Assembly: GCF_006345805.1 (NCBI RefSeq)
Contig: NC_043007.1
Coordinates: forward strand, 70,122,001-70,186,000
Source of the DNA: Octopus sinensis
Lineage: Eukaryota
Direction: 5' to 3'
Length of the DNA stretch: 64,000 nt
In this document: one piece after another, positions 41,404 through 55,985 of the stretch
Layout: every line of letters begins with the position of its first letter
How positions within the stretch are numbered: the first letter of the stretch is position 1
Translations under genes and position numbers: made by a program
Notes under the pieces: generated by a model
Told to the model about the DNA's origin: nothing
The model's input: only the letters and a program-made list of their open reading frames with translations
Databases searched by the model: none

Positions 41404-42347
41404 AAAAAAATCTTCGTTTCCATGTTTTTCGTTTTTATGTTTTCGTTTCTCATTGTGTTCAACGCTTTTTTGGGGGTGTCCTGTACCCATACATGCATGT
41501 ATATGTACATATAGATGTAGATATGTACATATATGTATGTATATATGCATATGTTTATATATTATTTATGTTATTATATGATCGAACGCCAAGCATCCAT
41601 TTCCAAGTAAGTTTTATCTTAATAATTATGATGCGCACTCTTAACTTTTACTAATTCTCCTCTGTCTGTCTCTCTGCCTCTCTTGTTCTTCATCCTTTCT
41701 GGTTTTCTCTTCCACCCTTCCTTATTCTTCTCCTTCTGCTGTTCACCGTTCCTTCTCTCTTACTACTCCTCCCCCTCCCTCTCGTCACTGACAAGTGACC
41801 AGAGGGTAGCCATCTTTCCGACTGCTATCTTCAACGAGTCAAGACGGCTTATCCTGTCCTTCTCAAAAGCTGTATCCTCAATGCGTTCAAAATAATTTTT
41901 CCATCGTCTTGGCTTAACAACCCTCATCGTTTGTTTTTACTGTGTTATTCTCCTTGTCCTGTCTTTTACTGTCTTGTTTTGTTTTTACTGTCCTGTTCTT
42001 GTTACCACTTTTACCCCTCCGCAAAAAATCCCAAATTTTATTTAATTTGCTTTGCGGGAAGGACTGTTTCAACGAAGTCGCGTCTTGTCCTTACCTTCTG
42101 AACACGGAGTAGACGAAACAGGGACAACTGAAGAAGGGGAATATTCCTGGTGTTGTATATCTTGTACTCTGTTTTTTCGTTGTTTGAAAAAAAAGTTCGT
42201 TTTTATGTTTTCGTTTCTCATTGTATTCAACGTTTTCTTTTTTTGTGTGTGTCCTGTACCCATATATGCATTTATATATACATATAGATGTAGGTATGTA
42301 CATATATGTATGTATATATGCATATATTTATATATTATTTATGTTAT

Positions 42348-42350
<3 letters not shown>
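41400..42350 (+). mobile_element. ~950-bp element with ~170-bp terminal direct repeats inside (TA)n; probable non-autonomous Penelope-like element
   Basis: 41400-41579 is repeated at 42183-42350. No TG..CA LTR ends and no ORF. Confidence 0.6.
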
Positions 42351-42818
<468 letters not shown>

Positions 42819-43831
42819 AATATATATACATAATATATATGTGTGTGTATGTGTGTGTGTGTGTGTGTTACTAATAATAATATGACAACAAAAGAATGAA
42901 TGAGACCTCGATACTATGTAAATAGAGGAATTTATCTATAATTGTCACCTATTTTATATATATATATATAAATTGTGCGTAAGTGTAACAATATAAGAAG
43001 ATATTAGTAGATTGGTACATCAGGAATTTTAGCCTTTTCTACTGTGATTTGATTGTCACCTTAAACAGTTGCGAAATTAATAGCTTTTTATATACCGATA
43101 TAATGCAAGAATGTTGTCAATTGAATTTACTTTAAAATATAGGAATTTATTTTTTTTGAACCCAGAAAGTCGAAAGATACTGTAATGCCAGCAAGATTTG
43201 AACTCATAAATATTAGATTTGAACCCAAATATTAGAAGGAATTTTGGTTGGAACTCGAGCCTTTTAAATCGCCAAAACTATAGAGATAGAGAGATTAATC
43301 CCAGTATTTATTTGTTGCTTATTTTATCAGCTCTAAAATGTTAAAAAGACTCCTTCATTGCTGAACTACAACGACTTGTTTTATCAAACCTGGAAAGTTG
43401 AAAGGAAAAGTTGGCTGCATTGAGATTTGCCTGTAGAATGTAAATAAATATTAATAAATACCACAAAGCATTCAGTTCGTCCCTCTATCATCTCTGTCTC
43501 TTTATCTGAAATTGAATAACTAGACGTAATGGTTAGTGCAGCCCTGGTGTGGACACAATGTGATGAACTCAGAAAAGCTGTACAGCGTTAAATATTCCCT
43601 CTTGTTGACTACACCATCTTTATTAACGGTTTATTTCGATAGGATATAATCTCATTATGTCTTAAACCTTTAGCAGTGTAAGTGGAAAAGCATCTCAGGA
43701 AAATCGCAAATCGAAAAGAGCCAGAATTCGTGCATCTTTGTTCTTCCTTTCTCAGATGTGTGGTACTGAACTGAATCTACGTTAACTAAATTCCTTCTGT
43801 TTGTGTGTGTGTGTGTGTGTATATATATATA

Positions 43832-43957
43832 CGTTGGCCTGCTCGCATAGCCAGCGGGGTGGCGTCATTTGAAGGCTGAAACAATACGAAGCGCATTGTG
43901 ACCAACGATGTGTAGCAACATCTGATAGTCTGGTCGGTCACGGTGATCATGGTGATA
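43832..43957 (+). mobile_element. Isolated SINE tail module 3
   Basis: Reverse complement of 40515-40630. Confidence 0.8.
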
Positions 43958-44111
43958 TATATACGTATGTGTGTGTGTGTATGTGTATATGTATGTATGT
44001 GCTTGTTCAGTTAATCTTGTATTTTGTCCGTATTTTCAATATATTATCAGCAATTAATAATTTCATAAAGTATAAATGTCTATATAGATAGAGGAGGGGA
44101 GATGGAGAAAC

Positions 44112-44150
<39 letters not shown>

Positions 44151-44992
44151 GACAGAGAGAAACAGACAAAGACAAAGAGAGGGAAATTAAGGAAATATAT
44201 TCAGAAGCGAATCACAAAACACTTGCTTCTATTATCAACTTCCTACGTCATCTCTACCATTGTTGATTATTTTCTTTTATATACATCTGTAGAAGAATCT
44301 ATTGTTTTACTTAAGAGTCTAACAGCTGGAGTGAGATACGAACTTATGTCAAGTGAGATAAGAGATCGTCAACTTGTGTTTCTTACTATTCTATTTCTCA
44401 GTAATTATTAATGAAGTCTGGACGAGTAGATCTAAATTCTTCAGCCAAGCATGTAATTGAAGATTACGTGGAGATATTCTAAACGAAAGCTGGGAAATAA
44501 TTAACATCGATGAACTGCTACTTTGGTGACAATCAATCTAACATTACAAGCGGATTATATCCTGGGTAGATATTTTCATAATATTTATTTAACTGGATAC
44601 AGAGGTAGAATAGCAGAAACGCTAAAGCACTGCACTAAATGCTTTGCATTAAAAGTCTTATAGTATTTAAATTAATTCATGTAAATTCTGACTTGAAATA
44701 AGCATTATTTCGACTCAGAATATACATTTAAAGATTTTCATTTCTCCACGTTCTATAAAATGGATGAATTTCGAATCGGCTTCACCGCTGTGTTTATCAC
44801 GAAATAGGTTCAGTCGCCTCTATCTTTCTTTAGCACAAGAAAATAATTTGGTCTTCTGCTTCGCAAAAGAAATAGTATAATATTTAAGAGAACAAAGTGT
44901 ACGTACGTCGCTATATATATATATATATATATATATTACGTTTATATATTTGTTGTGCAAGATTTTTTATGTGAAATCGTGTGTTGAAACAG

Positions 44993-45265
44993 ATATTGTT
45001 GTATTTTGGAATGGTCATTTTGCCAGTTTAGCCAATAAAAACACACGCACTATATATTTGGTGCTACTTTGCTTCAGTGTTATTTATTTTTTGCATTAAA
45101 CTTAATCTTATTTCGGTCAGAGTTCTTTCGTCACACTCTGACCGATATAAGATTAAGTTTAATGCAAAAAATAAATAACACTGAAGCAAAGTAACACCAA
45201 ATATATAGTGCGTGTGTTTTTATTGGCTAAACTGGGAAAATGACCGTTCCGAAATGCAACAATAT
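44993..45265. repeat. Palindrome 1: 131-bp arms, 11-nt loop
   Basis: Arms 44993-45123 and 45135-45265, about 6 mismatches by eye. Confidence 0.95.
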
Positions 45266-45278
45266 ATATATATTTATT

Positions 45279-45443
45279 ATAAAATACAAAACGGGTCAAG
45301 AACACAAAACATCCGGACAACTAGGTGATACAAAAAGGGACAACAAAACATCCAGATAGACGATATCTAGATGTTTTGTTGACCCTTTTTGTATCACCTA
45401 GTTGTCCGGATGTTTTGCGTTCTTGTCCCATTTTATATTTTAT
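45279..45443. repeat. Palindrome 2: 80-bp arms, 5-nt loop
   Basis: Arms 45279-45358 and 45364-45443. Confidence 0.95.
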
Positions 45444-48400
45444 TTAGTATAATATTTAGTTTTACTTCCTAATATTCAGAATTCAAATTTATCTTTTGGA
45501 GGGATCCAGAATACTGCACTATGGTAATTATCCAACTATACACTCTTCCCTCTGTATCTAAACTCATAAAATCGAAGTCGTTTTAGGCAATGATTGCAAT
45601 GAAATCGCATAATCGCTACCAATGGTAGACTAAAGTCGTTTTGAGCCGTTTGTTTTGTTGTGTTATAAATTAAAATTTTAGCTTTGATTTTCAAGCTATC
45701 GATTCGATAATATAAGTTCCACTTGTTAACCATTTGGTGTGTTTCCGATGAATTATTCATCCCGTCGACAATATATGAAATTAATGTAAGAAATTAATGC
45801 TTAAATAATGCAGTGCTGTATATCGAACGAAGTTGAAGTCGGTTCATTTAATCAACGCCTTCATTCGCCTCTATAATAAATTTACGGCCCAGAGATTCGG
45901 GACAAAAATAAGAAATTAATTTACATTACAGTTGGGTGATATCATGTATTATAAGGAATTAGTAATCATTAGACGAGCTAAATCTGCGACTGTATCGATT
46001 CCTGTTCGAAACAACTCCCGTGACAGTAGCGATACTCCGATGGCTTATTTGTCTTCTGTAGTGATATTGTAGACAGTAGTGTTAGTCTGAGGATTTATTT
46101 ATCCCACTTATTTGTCTAATGTTTTATGCTTGTTTCATTGATTTATCGTGTAATTTATATCTTCCGTTCTTAGATACTGAAGACCTAGAAGAGTTATGTT
46201 CCCTTGACTACAGAGCTGTTATCTGCATAAGTGCAAGTTTCAACTGATTTAATTATTAGGTGTATAAAACAATCGCAACAAATATCGAAATGGTAGTCAT
46301 TTGAGGATGAATTCCGAATGTACAATAATATATCTAAGGATTTCTCAAGTGTGTTTATCATTAGATTCTAAAATAAAGTATGTACGGTTATCGAAAACTA
46401 TTGACCAAACGATGTATATCTTACATACATCTTAAATAGAAACTAGGAAAATATCTGTTTTCATTTGATGCAAATATTGCCGCAGTTACAGGCTGATTAA
46501 GTTTAGATTCTTACTTACAATGCTTATCATATTTGATTTTATCATCAAACGTCTATACATAGAACATCTACATATGTAGCCTTAGACATAGGGTGAATTT
46601 AAATATAGAGGACATACATCCAAAGCCGATCTGATATTTCACTAATAAAGAGGTAGTGTTAAAAATAGACTCACCGGAGCAGTAGCCAATCGTTAACAAT
46701 TCCCAGATGTTCATTTAATAACTCGTCTACAGAAACAGATATTTATCTACAATGACACCCTCCAGGAAATAAAATAAAATGAACATTTTTCTTAATATAA
46801 CAGATTGGCGGAACAGTTAAAATATGCAATTATTTTCAATTTAATTGAATAAAGAGTCACCTGATTTCCAACTAAATAATATATCCTTCAGTAACTCACT
46901 TTATTTAATGAAATGCATTCACTTCCAGCACCGTTTCACAGAGTGATGAACATAAGACAGCGAGTGATTCCGCCAGGAAGACGTTGTAAGCTACGTAGCA
47001 CTCGTTAAATACATAGTATCCCGCATTCTTACAGTGGTATGAACTATCTGCCAATAATATCTACAAGGTGAACTAACCCAGCAAGAATCGTCTTGACAGA
47101 TGTTAACAGGGTACAAATGTTGAGAGTAATGTTCATTGTTGATATGAGACTCCATTCTTAGATGTACTCAGTTAAAATTTAAAAGAACAATCTACATGGG
47201 TGAGAGAAGCCCTATTCTGTTCAAGTGCCACCGAGTTGTTCTCTTCATTAATGAAGTTTCCTACAATAAAGTATCTATTTACACACTAAGTGAACACGAC
47301 CATTTGCAAGTTAAATATCCTGGTTATGCATAACACTTACAAAACTATATAAAATATACTGATTACGTTTTGTCATTCTTTAATATTACGTTATCTTGTC
47401 ACGGTTAAAGCAATGATTGAGAATCTAAGCTCGAGTCGATCCAGTGGATCAGTTTTAACACCTTGGGATGAACACTATAGAATTGTGAATGCTTTTTGTC
47501 TGGATTGACAATAATATTTCTTCTTCACTGTTTCTTTAAGTATGGTTTGGATAATACCAATGAATCCTTGTGTCAATGTGTGTGTGTGTTTGTGTAAATT
47601 AGAGTTTGTACAGGGATAGAGAAATTATGTATGTACGTATACATGTATGTATGTATGTATGTATGTATGTATGTATGTATGTATGTATGAGTAGGTGTGG
47701 AGGAGAGAGAGAAAGAGAGTTTCTTGGGTTAAAGGATATTGACAGCTTGGATACAGATTAGAAAAAACTAATTGAAATTCTGTTCATTATCTTTCAGCTC
47801 AGTATAGCAAATTTAATAACCGAGATATATCTTGTACAGTTTTCTTTGGCTCCACTGACATTCTTCTTTGTTTTATTTTCCGCTTCGTCTCTTTTTCATA
47901 GATCTATTTCTTTCGAAATTTGCCTTAAAAGAATCTGTTTTAGATTCACATTTGAAAAACATTGTCAAATACTTTGTTTGCTTAGAGAAATTTGACGAAT
48001 TCAATAATTCTTTCTAAAATAGATACACGCATCTGTAACCACGCCGTCCTATCATCAATCCAGATTTATTATAGAGAATAGAGAGAGTTCTATCAACTTA
48101 CAAAAGCGTCATTATTAAAACTAATGATTTCAATCCAACCAAGGTGTAACTGTCTTCATCATCAGCACAAGGAATCTCCTGAAGGATTTATTTATCCTTT
48201 TGTTGTCCTAATAGTGCGTGATTCTACACACACACACACATTCATTTGTCTGTAAAACTCACAATAAACCGAACTGGATTTTAATCATTTACTCTCACGC
48301 CATTTAATTGCAGAAATGATTTCGGGCACAACATTGCATGTCTACTTTCAAGTTAATATAATTGAAAATCTCTGCATAAATCAGAACAGTAGCCCCACAC

Positions 48401-48746
48401 AAAATCCAGCTTAATCGTATTGCTGATTACTGTTCTGATATCTAATTCAACATCACAAAAATACCTCGGAGTCAAGGAGGCATGGAGGAGCCTAACTCAT
48501 ACAGTATTAAACTGCCCCTTATCATGTACATCTGCGTCTATTTTATTTCTCCTAGTCATACTAATGACTACACTGACGAATTATTTAATTGTATTTCGTT
48601 ATCTGATTCCATTTCTAAAATGATCACAATAATCCTGTTTTAACGCACACATTTCCAACGCTAATAATTTTGTTGCATCAGTGCTATGATATATTTTTGC
48701 ACTCCGCAACTAAAATTATTTATATTACTGAAGTGGTAGAACACTC

Positions 48747-49159
48747 GGATCTTTTCGGTTTGAACGGCAGTTTTTTCTAGCGGTGTCATATGAAATTGTC
48801 ACCCATAATTATGACCCTAGTATCGATCTATTGCATTTCAATCAGTTTTAGGTTTAGGGTTAGGGGTGGGGGGAAGGGTATCTTTTTTCTTCACAAATGT
48901 AAATAAACCCAATCTGTTTCTTAAACTAGGGACATATTCATACGGCACAGAATGTTTTTACCTCAATGGACGTCATTGATTGGTTGAAATTGCAGAAATT
49001 GAAGAAAAAACAACAAATATCTTACAAACTATAGAATTTTCTCAATAAAGCCAAGAGAAAAAGATGTTTTATAAACACATTCTACCAGTATACGAAGTTT
49101 AAAAGTGTTTAGTTACCTAGAAATAATGTTAAAAACTGCCGTTCAAACCGAAAAGATCC
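48747..49159. mobile_element. Merlin-like MITE copy 2, 8-bp TSD GAACACTC
   Basis: TSD at 48739-48746 and 49160-49167. Same TIR and body as 8171-8571. Confidence 0.9.
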
Positions 49160-49389
49160 GAACACTCTATATGATTTCCTCGGTGTTGTTTCAAGTCCCT
49201 TTGATTCGGTGTGTGTGTGTGTTTGTGTGCGCGCGTATGTATGTATGTATGTATGTATGGATGGATGGATGGATGGATGGATGTGCGTCCCTGTGTGTAT
49301 GTATAAGCGTTATCTTAAAACTAACCCCTTATCATAACGTAGTCAGTTTCGTAAACAATACTCTTAATTTAACTCCCTCATTCACATCC

Positions 49390-49990
49390 CTTATAGATAA
49401 GAACAAAGAAAATTATAAGTTATATTCATAAAGTTTACAATAACCTATCATCTATACTGACAATTTTACCCAGAAATATTAGAAATCATATTTCCTGAAT
49501 ATCTTCTAAAAAGAAGTGTTTACCTGTGCTGCTGTATTTTACAAAGCTCTAAACCGAAACAACTTCGATCGAATACATTCCTTCGCATAGATTGATTGAT
49601 GTAATAATGCCAAACATTTAGTCAGGAAATACTTCCCCACTAGCCATAAGTTCTACAAAATGTTTGACAGATCTAACCTAAAAGTAAATTACAGCTGTAA
49701 GGATAATTTTGTTACTTTGAAAGAGAAAACTTACGGAAAACTTTTATAAATTCAAAATTCTTTTCCGTGGTTTTTATAACTAGAAAGGTCACAAAGAACG
49801 TCCTTACCCAAGTTCATTAACAATAATATCTTTCATATAAGGAAAAGCATAAACGGATTACATTATAAAATCTACAGAGACTAACTAATAAACGTAAATA
49901 ACTATTAAGATTTATAGTGGACATCGAACAATATTAGGATTTCGACGAACATAACTACCGTGTTAAAATGTGTCAATAAATACTTAAATA
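49390..49990 (+). mobile_element. Penelope-like element relic (RT thumb/linker)
   Basis: FPTSHKFYKMFDRSNLKVNYSC from 49633 matches the PLE linker pattern HFP..HKL.KIFNRN..KVSYSC. Confidence 0.7.
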
Positions 49991-50288
49991 CTGAAGAGCA
50001 ACCACTAGAGAATTTATCTCTATCATAGTAGAAAAGGAAGTCGCCATTGTGTCTGCGTTAATGGACAGACAAAACGCTATCTATAAGATTTCCAATCTCA
50101 TAGCAAAACAATCCTTTTTGTTTACATTTGACAACTAACCGATAATTACGATTCAACTTCACTTGTAGTCGGATCAATGCATACATACACATGTGTGTAC
50201 ATCTGTTTATATATGCATATACAGATATATATACACTCATATAAGCATATACACACACATATACACATATACTAGTATACATACATAT

Positions 50289-50340
<52 letters not shown>

Positions 50341-50472
50341 TAAATGAAAGAATGGAGTCGAACGAAGATGTTAACAAAATTCCTTTACTCTCGACGTGAA
50401 TTTGCTACCCAGGTTTCGGTTAAACGAATTTTCCATGCTGACGATAAACATAGGATAATTCATTCACCTACT

Positions 50473-50539
<67 letters not shown>

Positions 50540-50540
<1 letters not shown>

Positions 50541-50863
50541 TCATGGCACTCCGTCGGTTACGACGATAAGAGTTCCAGTTGATCCGATCAACGGAACAGC
50601 CTGCTCGTGAAATTAACGCGCAATTGGCTGAGCATCCACAGACACGTGTACCCTTAACGATGTTCTCAGCGAGATTCAGTGCGACATAGAGTGTGACAAG
50701 GCTGACCCTTTGGAATACAGGTACAACCGAAACAGGAAGAAAGAGTGAGCGAAAGTTGTGGTGAAAGAGTACAGCAGGGTTCGCCACCCCACCCACCCTG
50801 CCGGAGACTCGTAGAGCTTTAGGTGTTTTCGTTCAATAAACACTGACAATGCTCGTTCTGGGA

Positions 50864-50865
<2 letters not shown>
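50540..50865 (-). mobile_element. SINE family C (head truncated) with tail module 2
   Basis: Reverse complement of ~39455-39775. Confidence 0.85.
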
Positions 50866-50904
<39 letters not shown>

Positions 50905-50974
50905 TTGCACAAATGCATTAAACTTCATTCTACGAACTCGTAATGCAAACATATGTACAAATGTATGTGTATAT

Positions 50975-51230
50975 GTCTATTATAAATAATCTTGTTAGAA
51001 ATATTTCGCTTCGAATAACTAAATTATCAGCAAATGAAGAAATATTTAATAATAGCGTAACGAAGCACTGGTGTAAAAGTGGATTTAATGAAAACAGAAA
51101 TATTCCTCGCCATGAACAAGGAAACCGTAGCGTGAAGATAAACACTTTCCTATGACTAAATAATAATACAAGGAAATTTTACTCTCCTCCTTATCAATAA
51201 TCAATTCAAAATACAATAGAGGTGCATTAA
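50975..51230 (+). mobile_element. Penelope-like element relic
   Basis: IINNLVRNISLRITKLSANEEIFN..KSGF, followed by FYSPPY. Confidence 0.7.
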
Positions 51231-51509
51231 AAACTGGTATACACGATACTAAACCTGCAAAGCTAGCGATTATGGAATCACAATAAGGGGACATAGATTA
51301 AATGATACGATAACATTCCTTACTACTGGTCAAGGATAAATGATTGATATAGCAATGAATAGACCTTGGAGTGAAGAAAACTACTATTAAGGCAAAAAAA
51401 ATAGGAATTCTATGGTCGGTGTTGTTCAACTAGTTAACATCGATAGATCTATGACGGTATTCAATAATAGAAGAACCTCAATTCTACGCTAAGAGTAATG
51501 TAAGATCGA

Positions 51510-51656
51510 ATAGGAGCCTTCTACCCTGAGAATGACAACGATAGGCTGTACTTGTCCAGAAGAAAGGCTGGAAGAAATTTAATCAGTTTCCGGGACTGCA
51601 TCGAAGCAGAGGAAAACAACGTAGGATGGTATATAAAAAATCCAGTGGAACCACAG
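51510..51656 (+). mobile_element. R4/Dong-type fragment (post-RT region), below the ORF-track cutoff
   Basis: Translates IGAFYPENDNDRLYLSRRKAGRNLISFRDCIEAEENNVGWYIKN, matching DRLY..R..GGRGL. Confidence 0.75.
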
Positions 51657-51789
51657 TGAGCAATCAGACGTACCAATCATCAGCTGCCTAACGGATATCA
51701 TTATGGTTTCGACATCTGAGCATTAACATTGAATCCAGCAGTGTCAACAACGTTAAAAGCCTCTGCTTCAGAATTAGTAGACAAGACGC

Positions 51790-52110
51790 AGGAGTGAAAC
51801 ATTGCCACAATATGTTCTTTACTCTATATCTGCTTATTGTTACAAATACAAACATCAGATATATACCGATAGTTATGAAGCAAAGAAACTTTAAAAATTG
51901 CAAAAAAGAAAATACAGACCTATCCATAATATGGACATTGTCACCGAGAATTATCGAATATAGAATCATAGAAAATTTAAACAAACTGATGAAGTAAACG
52001 TACTGAACAAAAGTTATTGAACATAATAAAAACACACTCGTTATCAACGCGTAAAACAGAAAATAATAGATTAATAATCAATCTAAGAACTACAAGCATA
52101 AAAATTAATT
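51790..52110 (+). mobile_element. Probable Penelope-like GIY-YIG region relic
   Basis: FKNCKKENTDLSIIWTL resembles the T.LS.YIW.L pattern. Confidence 0.45.
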
Positions 52111-52799
52111 AAAGAATATAAACCTATAGACATTAGTACCCCACAATTTGTAACACATATTTCAATTATGGAAATATAATTAAACGAGCCAAGCGTAAAC
52201 TAGTGGAATAACATATCACTTCAATCTTCTTTAAGCAACGTAACATGGGAATAAACCAGTGCAGAGCAATATCTATTAAATATAAACTTAATCATAGAAA
52301 ATATATTTCAACGGAAATTTTTCCAAAAAGGACATATAAAATATATATGAAATTGTCTAAAATATCGACATCGCAACGAAAATAGCGATTAATATACATA
52401 AAACGCGAAAACATAAATCGAGCTAAATGTAAGAGAACAGATTGGCATATCATTTTTCACTATTAGATATTAATCGCCAACGACGTGGGAATAGATTGAT
52501 GTTGACCTATAACTATTGAATATAAACTTTAATTTAGAAAATATATTTAAACCAATATTTTTAAGTAAAATTTTATATATAATCTAAGCTTGACTAAAAG
52601 TAACAAATCGCAATGAAGCTATTCATTATAAGAAATCAAAATAGCACAACGTGCAGCAAAGAAAATAACGACAATACACTTTACCTGTTTATTCAACTGC
52701 AGCTTACTGCCAAATGACCGTTAATAATCTATAGACACAGCAAGTTATGACGTTTCGTAAACGAATATGTCTATGTAGAAAATTGTGATCGAAGATAAA

Positions 52800-53480
52800 A
52801 AAAAATGTAATGGGTGTATATGCATATTTCAAACATCATTGCATTTTCATCAGCATCTCTTCTAATCCATCAAATAACTTCGGCTCTGAATTCTAAAGAA
52901 AATCTATGGTGATAAACTTAAAAGTGAAAATATTGCATTGCTAACACACTGTAAGACACTGTGTTGACTTGTAAAGCTATAATATACCTGGCAGTATATT
53001 ATGGCTGCAAAACGAAATACTGTCTCCTTGCTAGCGATTAAATATACGTGCAAGTTGCCGGGAATGTGTTTAATATGTAAATTCGTCTATCCAATAGTGT
53101 TACACCACTAAATTTAGTACGTATTTAATCAATATGTTCGTGGCTAGTTGATAGGTTAGATGAGGTGGTGATGAAAGGGCAATAACTGTTGAAATATGAA
53201 AATACAGCCATTGCTTGTTTTCCACCTTCGATCGTATTGTTAACTTAAACGTATTTGTTTACGAAAGGTAGTAATGTGTAGTGCTGGCTTCGAATTCAAT
53301 AGAAAATCTATAGAGATAAACTCAAGACTGAAAATATCACACTATTAACAAACGGCAATACACAATGCTGACTTGTAAACCTTTAATATACTTCATAGTA
53401 TTTCAAGGTTGCAAAAAGAAACACTGTGTCTATTCTAGCAATTAAATATACGTAGTAGCTTCCAGGAATGGTTTCATAAA
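52800..53480. repeat. Old repeat with internal direct and inverted segments
   Basis: ~52880-53070 repeats at ~53285-53470. ~52808-52870 is inverted relative to ~53150-53215. Confidence 0.6.
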
Positions 53481-54599
53481 GTATCCTGCGCAGTATATGC
53501 ATTATATATTAGTTCATTTTTAAAAATTTAAATGTATAACTATATTTCCAATTATAACTCATATTTTCATTTAAAGGGCGAGCTTTTGCAATGCAGCCTT
53601 AACGAGCGTTTGTAATGCCAGCGTGATAGTCCCTGGGCTCAGTTAGGTTTAGATGCTCAAAGGGGATTGCTGTTGAATTAAAAGTAACACATTTTAAGAG
53701 TACAGCATTGCGATGTAAAAGGTTAACGAAAATACACAACTAGAATTATCTAATGAATGATTGAAGCTTATGAAAATACGATATTGGAATTTCTCAAAGA
53801 CTAGAAAGCAAGTACATTTTTGAAGTGACACAAATTTATAATTTATGATTTTTCTTTCATTGCGATAATTATTTTAAAACATGAAACGTATGATTCTCTC
53901 TCCATTAAAAATGTCTGGCTACTTTTCCTTGTATTTGTCTGATTTACGTACAATATTGTAAGTAAGTGGTGACGAAGTTGCTATTAAGAGTAGCTAAAAC
54001 ATTTTATACATTTGGCTTGTAATATATTAGCGTCTTATTTCTTGCCAATTTTTCTTCAAAATAAAAGTCGGAATTAGACGTGCATATGCATAATACTCTA
54101 TGAAATTCGGTGTAATTGCCAATTTACATTATGTGTGTGTGTATGTGTTTAATGAAGGAAAGTGGATTGAATAATTTGGGTCGAACATTTCAGTAAGCTC
54201 TCCTTGTAAACAAAACCCGGCTAACAGGATGCCCAAGATTATAATAACACGTGTAGGTTGTTAACTCCGTGTGACAGGTATAAATTGTAAATCCGAAGTT
54301 TGTCATTAATTAGTATTTGTGATGTATTAATGATGGAGGATATTAGTATATAAATAAAAAAGGAATATTTTTAGTCATATGCTGTTTTATTCACTTACGC
54401 ACGTTTCAAATGATTCCGTGAGCTGAATCCGTTATACTTGTTGGTTTGTATGCTTAATCGATCCTTTAATTGATTGGTTAATCAAATTATTCACGGGGCA
54501 GTTGTTTCTCGAGTCATTATTTTCAAAGCCCTAAAAGCATCTGATTTTTTTTAAGCATTCGCTCGTTACAAGATCTTTAGACCACTGGAAACGTAAGAA

Positions 54600-54950
54600 C
54601 TACTAGAATAAAATGGACGCTAGACAAAAGGTGGCGATGTACATTAGTCTTAAAAGACTGGAGGTCATATTGAAGATGAAAACAAGCTTGCGGAAGGGAA
54701 TTTCAAAGTTCAGAGGTGTGAGGGAAGAAACTGGTATTGTAAAGTGCTTTACGACACTTAGGAGGTTGCACAGTACACTGATGAGAACTGGATGCAAGTC
54801 TAGTCGATCGCTGATAAATTCTAGGAGGAGGAACCAGAGAAGAGAGCTCAGCTGAACAATGTCCATGAAAATGCTTGTTGAAAAGAAACTAGGAAGCCAT
54901 ATTTGGGAAGATACACACAATCAGAGTTTGTGGAAGAAGATAGCTGAAAG
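54600..54950 (+). mobile_element. Probable RTE-like LINE 3' relic
   Basis: LMR and VEKKL..WED..NQSLWKKI resemble the RTE C-terminus. Confidence 0.4.
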
Positions 54951-55624
54951 TACACATATTTTTTTCTCATAATTTATTACCCTGTAGCGAGTTATTGGTC
55001 TCATGAGATGGTTCTCTATTAGATTCAGGCGAAGTGTATGGGAGGAAGATAGTAATAGTGTTTGTTTAATGTCAAAATAAATTCGCATTTATGCGTGTAA
55101 GGTTATTTAAGTGCAAATCAATTCACAATAGAAAACAGAATGTCTAATAAAACCATTGCCTATGAGGATTATTCATTGAAATTCAAGTTTGCGATCATTT
55201 AATAAAATTACATTAAATATATATATTTTTAAAAATTAAGTTACTTTAAAGAGAATTTTATTAAAGGAAATATATTCGAGAGAAAGAACATATCACATTA
55301 CTTTCGTTGTTAGAATAGCAGACTGCGATTGAAAATTGATGTAAATTTCCAAATTGTTAGGAACAGAATTCTTAAAAAGCTAATTAGTGGGTAAAACAAA
55401 AATGAAGGAAGGGAAATAAATAAAGAATGGGAAAAAATGAAGAAAGGGAAGTAAATGAAGAAAGGGAAAATATGATCCAAATATCGAATCAATTAATCCT
55501 AATTCAGGTTAGTAGGGACAGGATTTCTATAGATGGGTTCATAAGAAGAAATATAATCAAAAGTGACATAACTAAGGTATTTAATTTATCTATTTGTACT
55601 AGAGTTAGCTAATTATTTAAGATT

Positions 55625-55985
55625 TCTTTTTTGAGCAGATACGAATTATGTTGTTAGATTTTGTTGTAGTTTTTTATTAAAGCGGCTTTTGAGAAATTCA
55701 AGTCTTTCCTCGCTGCACAAATTGTACAAGGGATTCTTTCCATTATATGGAGGAGCACTACCTATTACATGCCACCCGACAGAATATTTGAAATTATTCT
55801 CCTTGAATCTACAAATAATTTCCTCAATGACGCAACGTTTCTGTCATATTTAAAGGAAAAAGTGTATTCATGGATCTGGAAGTGCCTCTTTAATAATATG
55901 CTTTTACAGGTGTCGTTACAGAACATTTATAAACTGTATTTTTCCTTAGACATTGGTTACGGTTCCCACAGTTATATAATTCATT
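55625..55985 (-). mobile_element. Penelope-like GIY-YIG endonuclease relic
   Basis: NQCLRKNTVYKCSV, then KENNFKYSVGWHVIGSAPPYNGKNPLYNLCSEERL after frameshifts. Confidence 0.8.
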
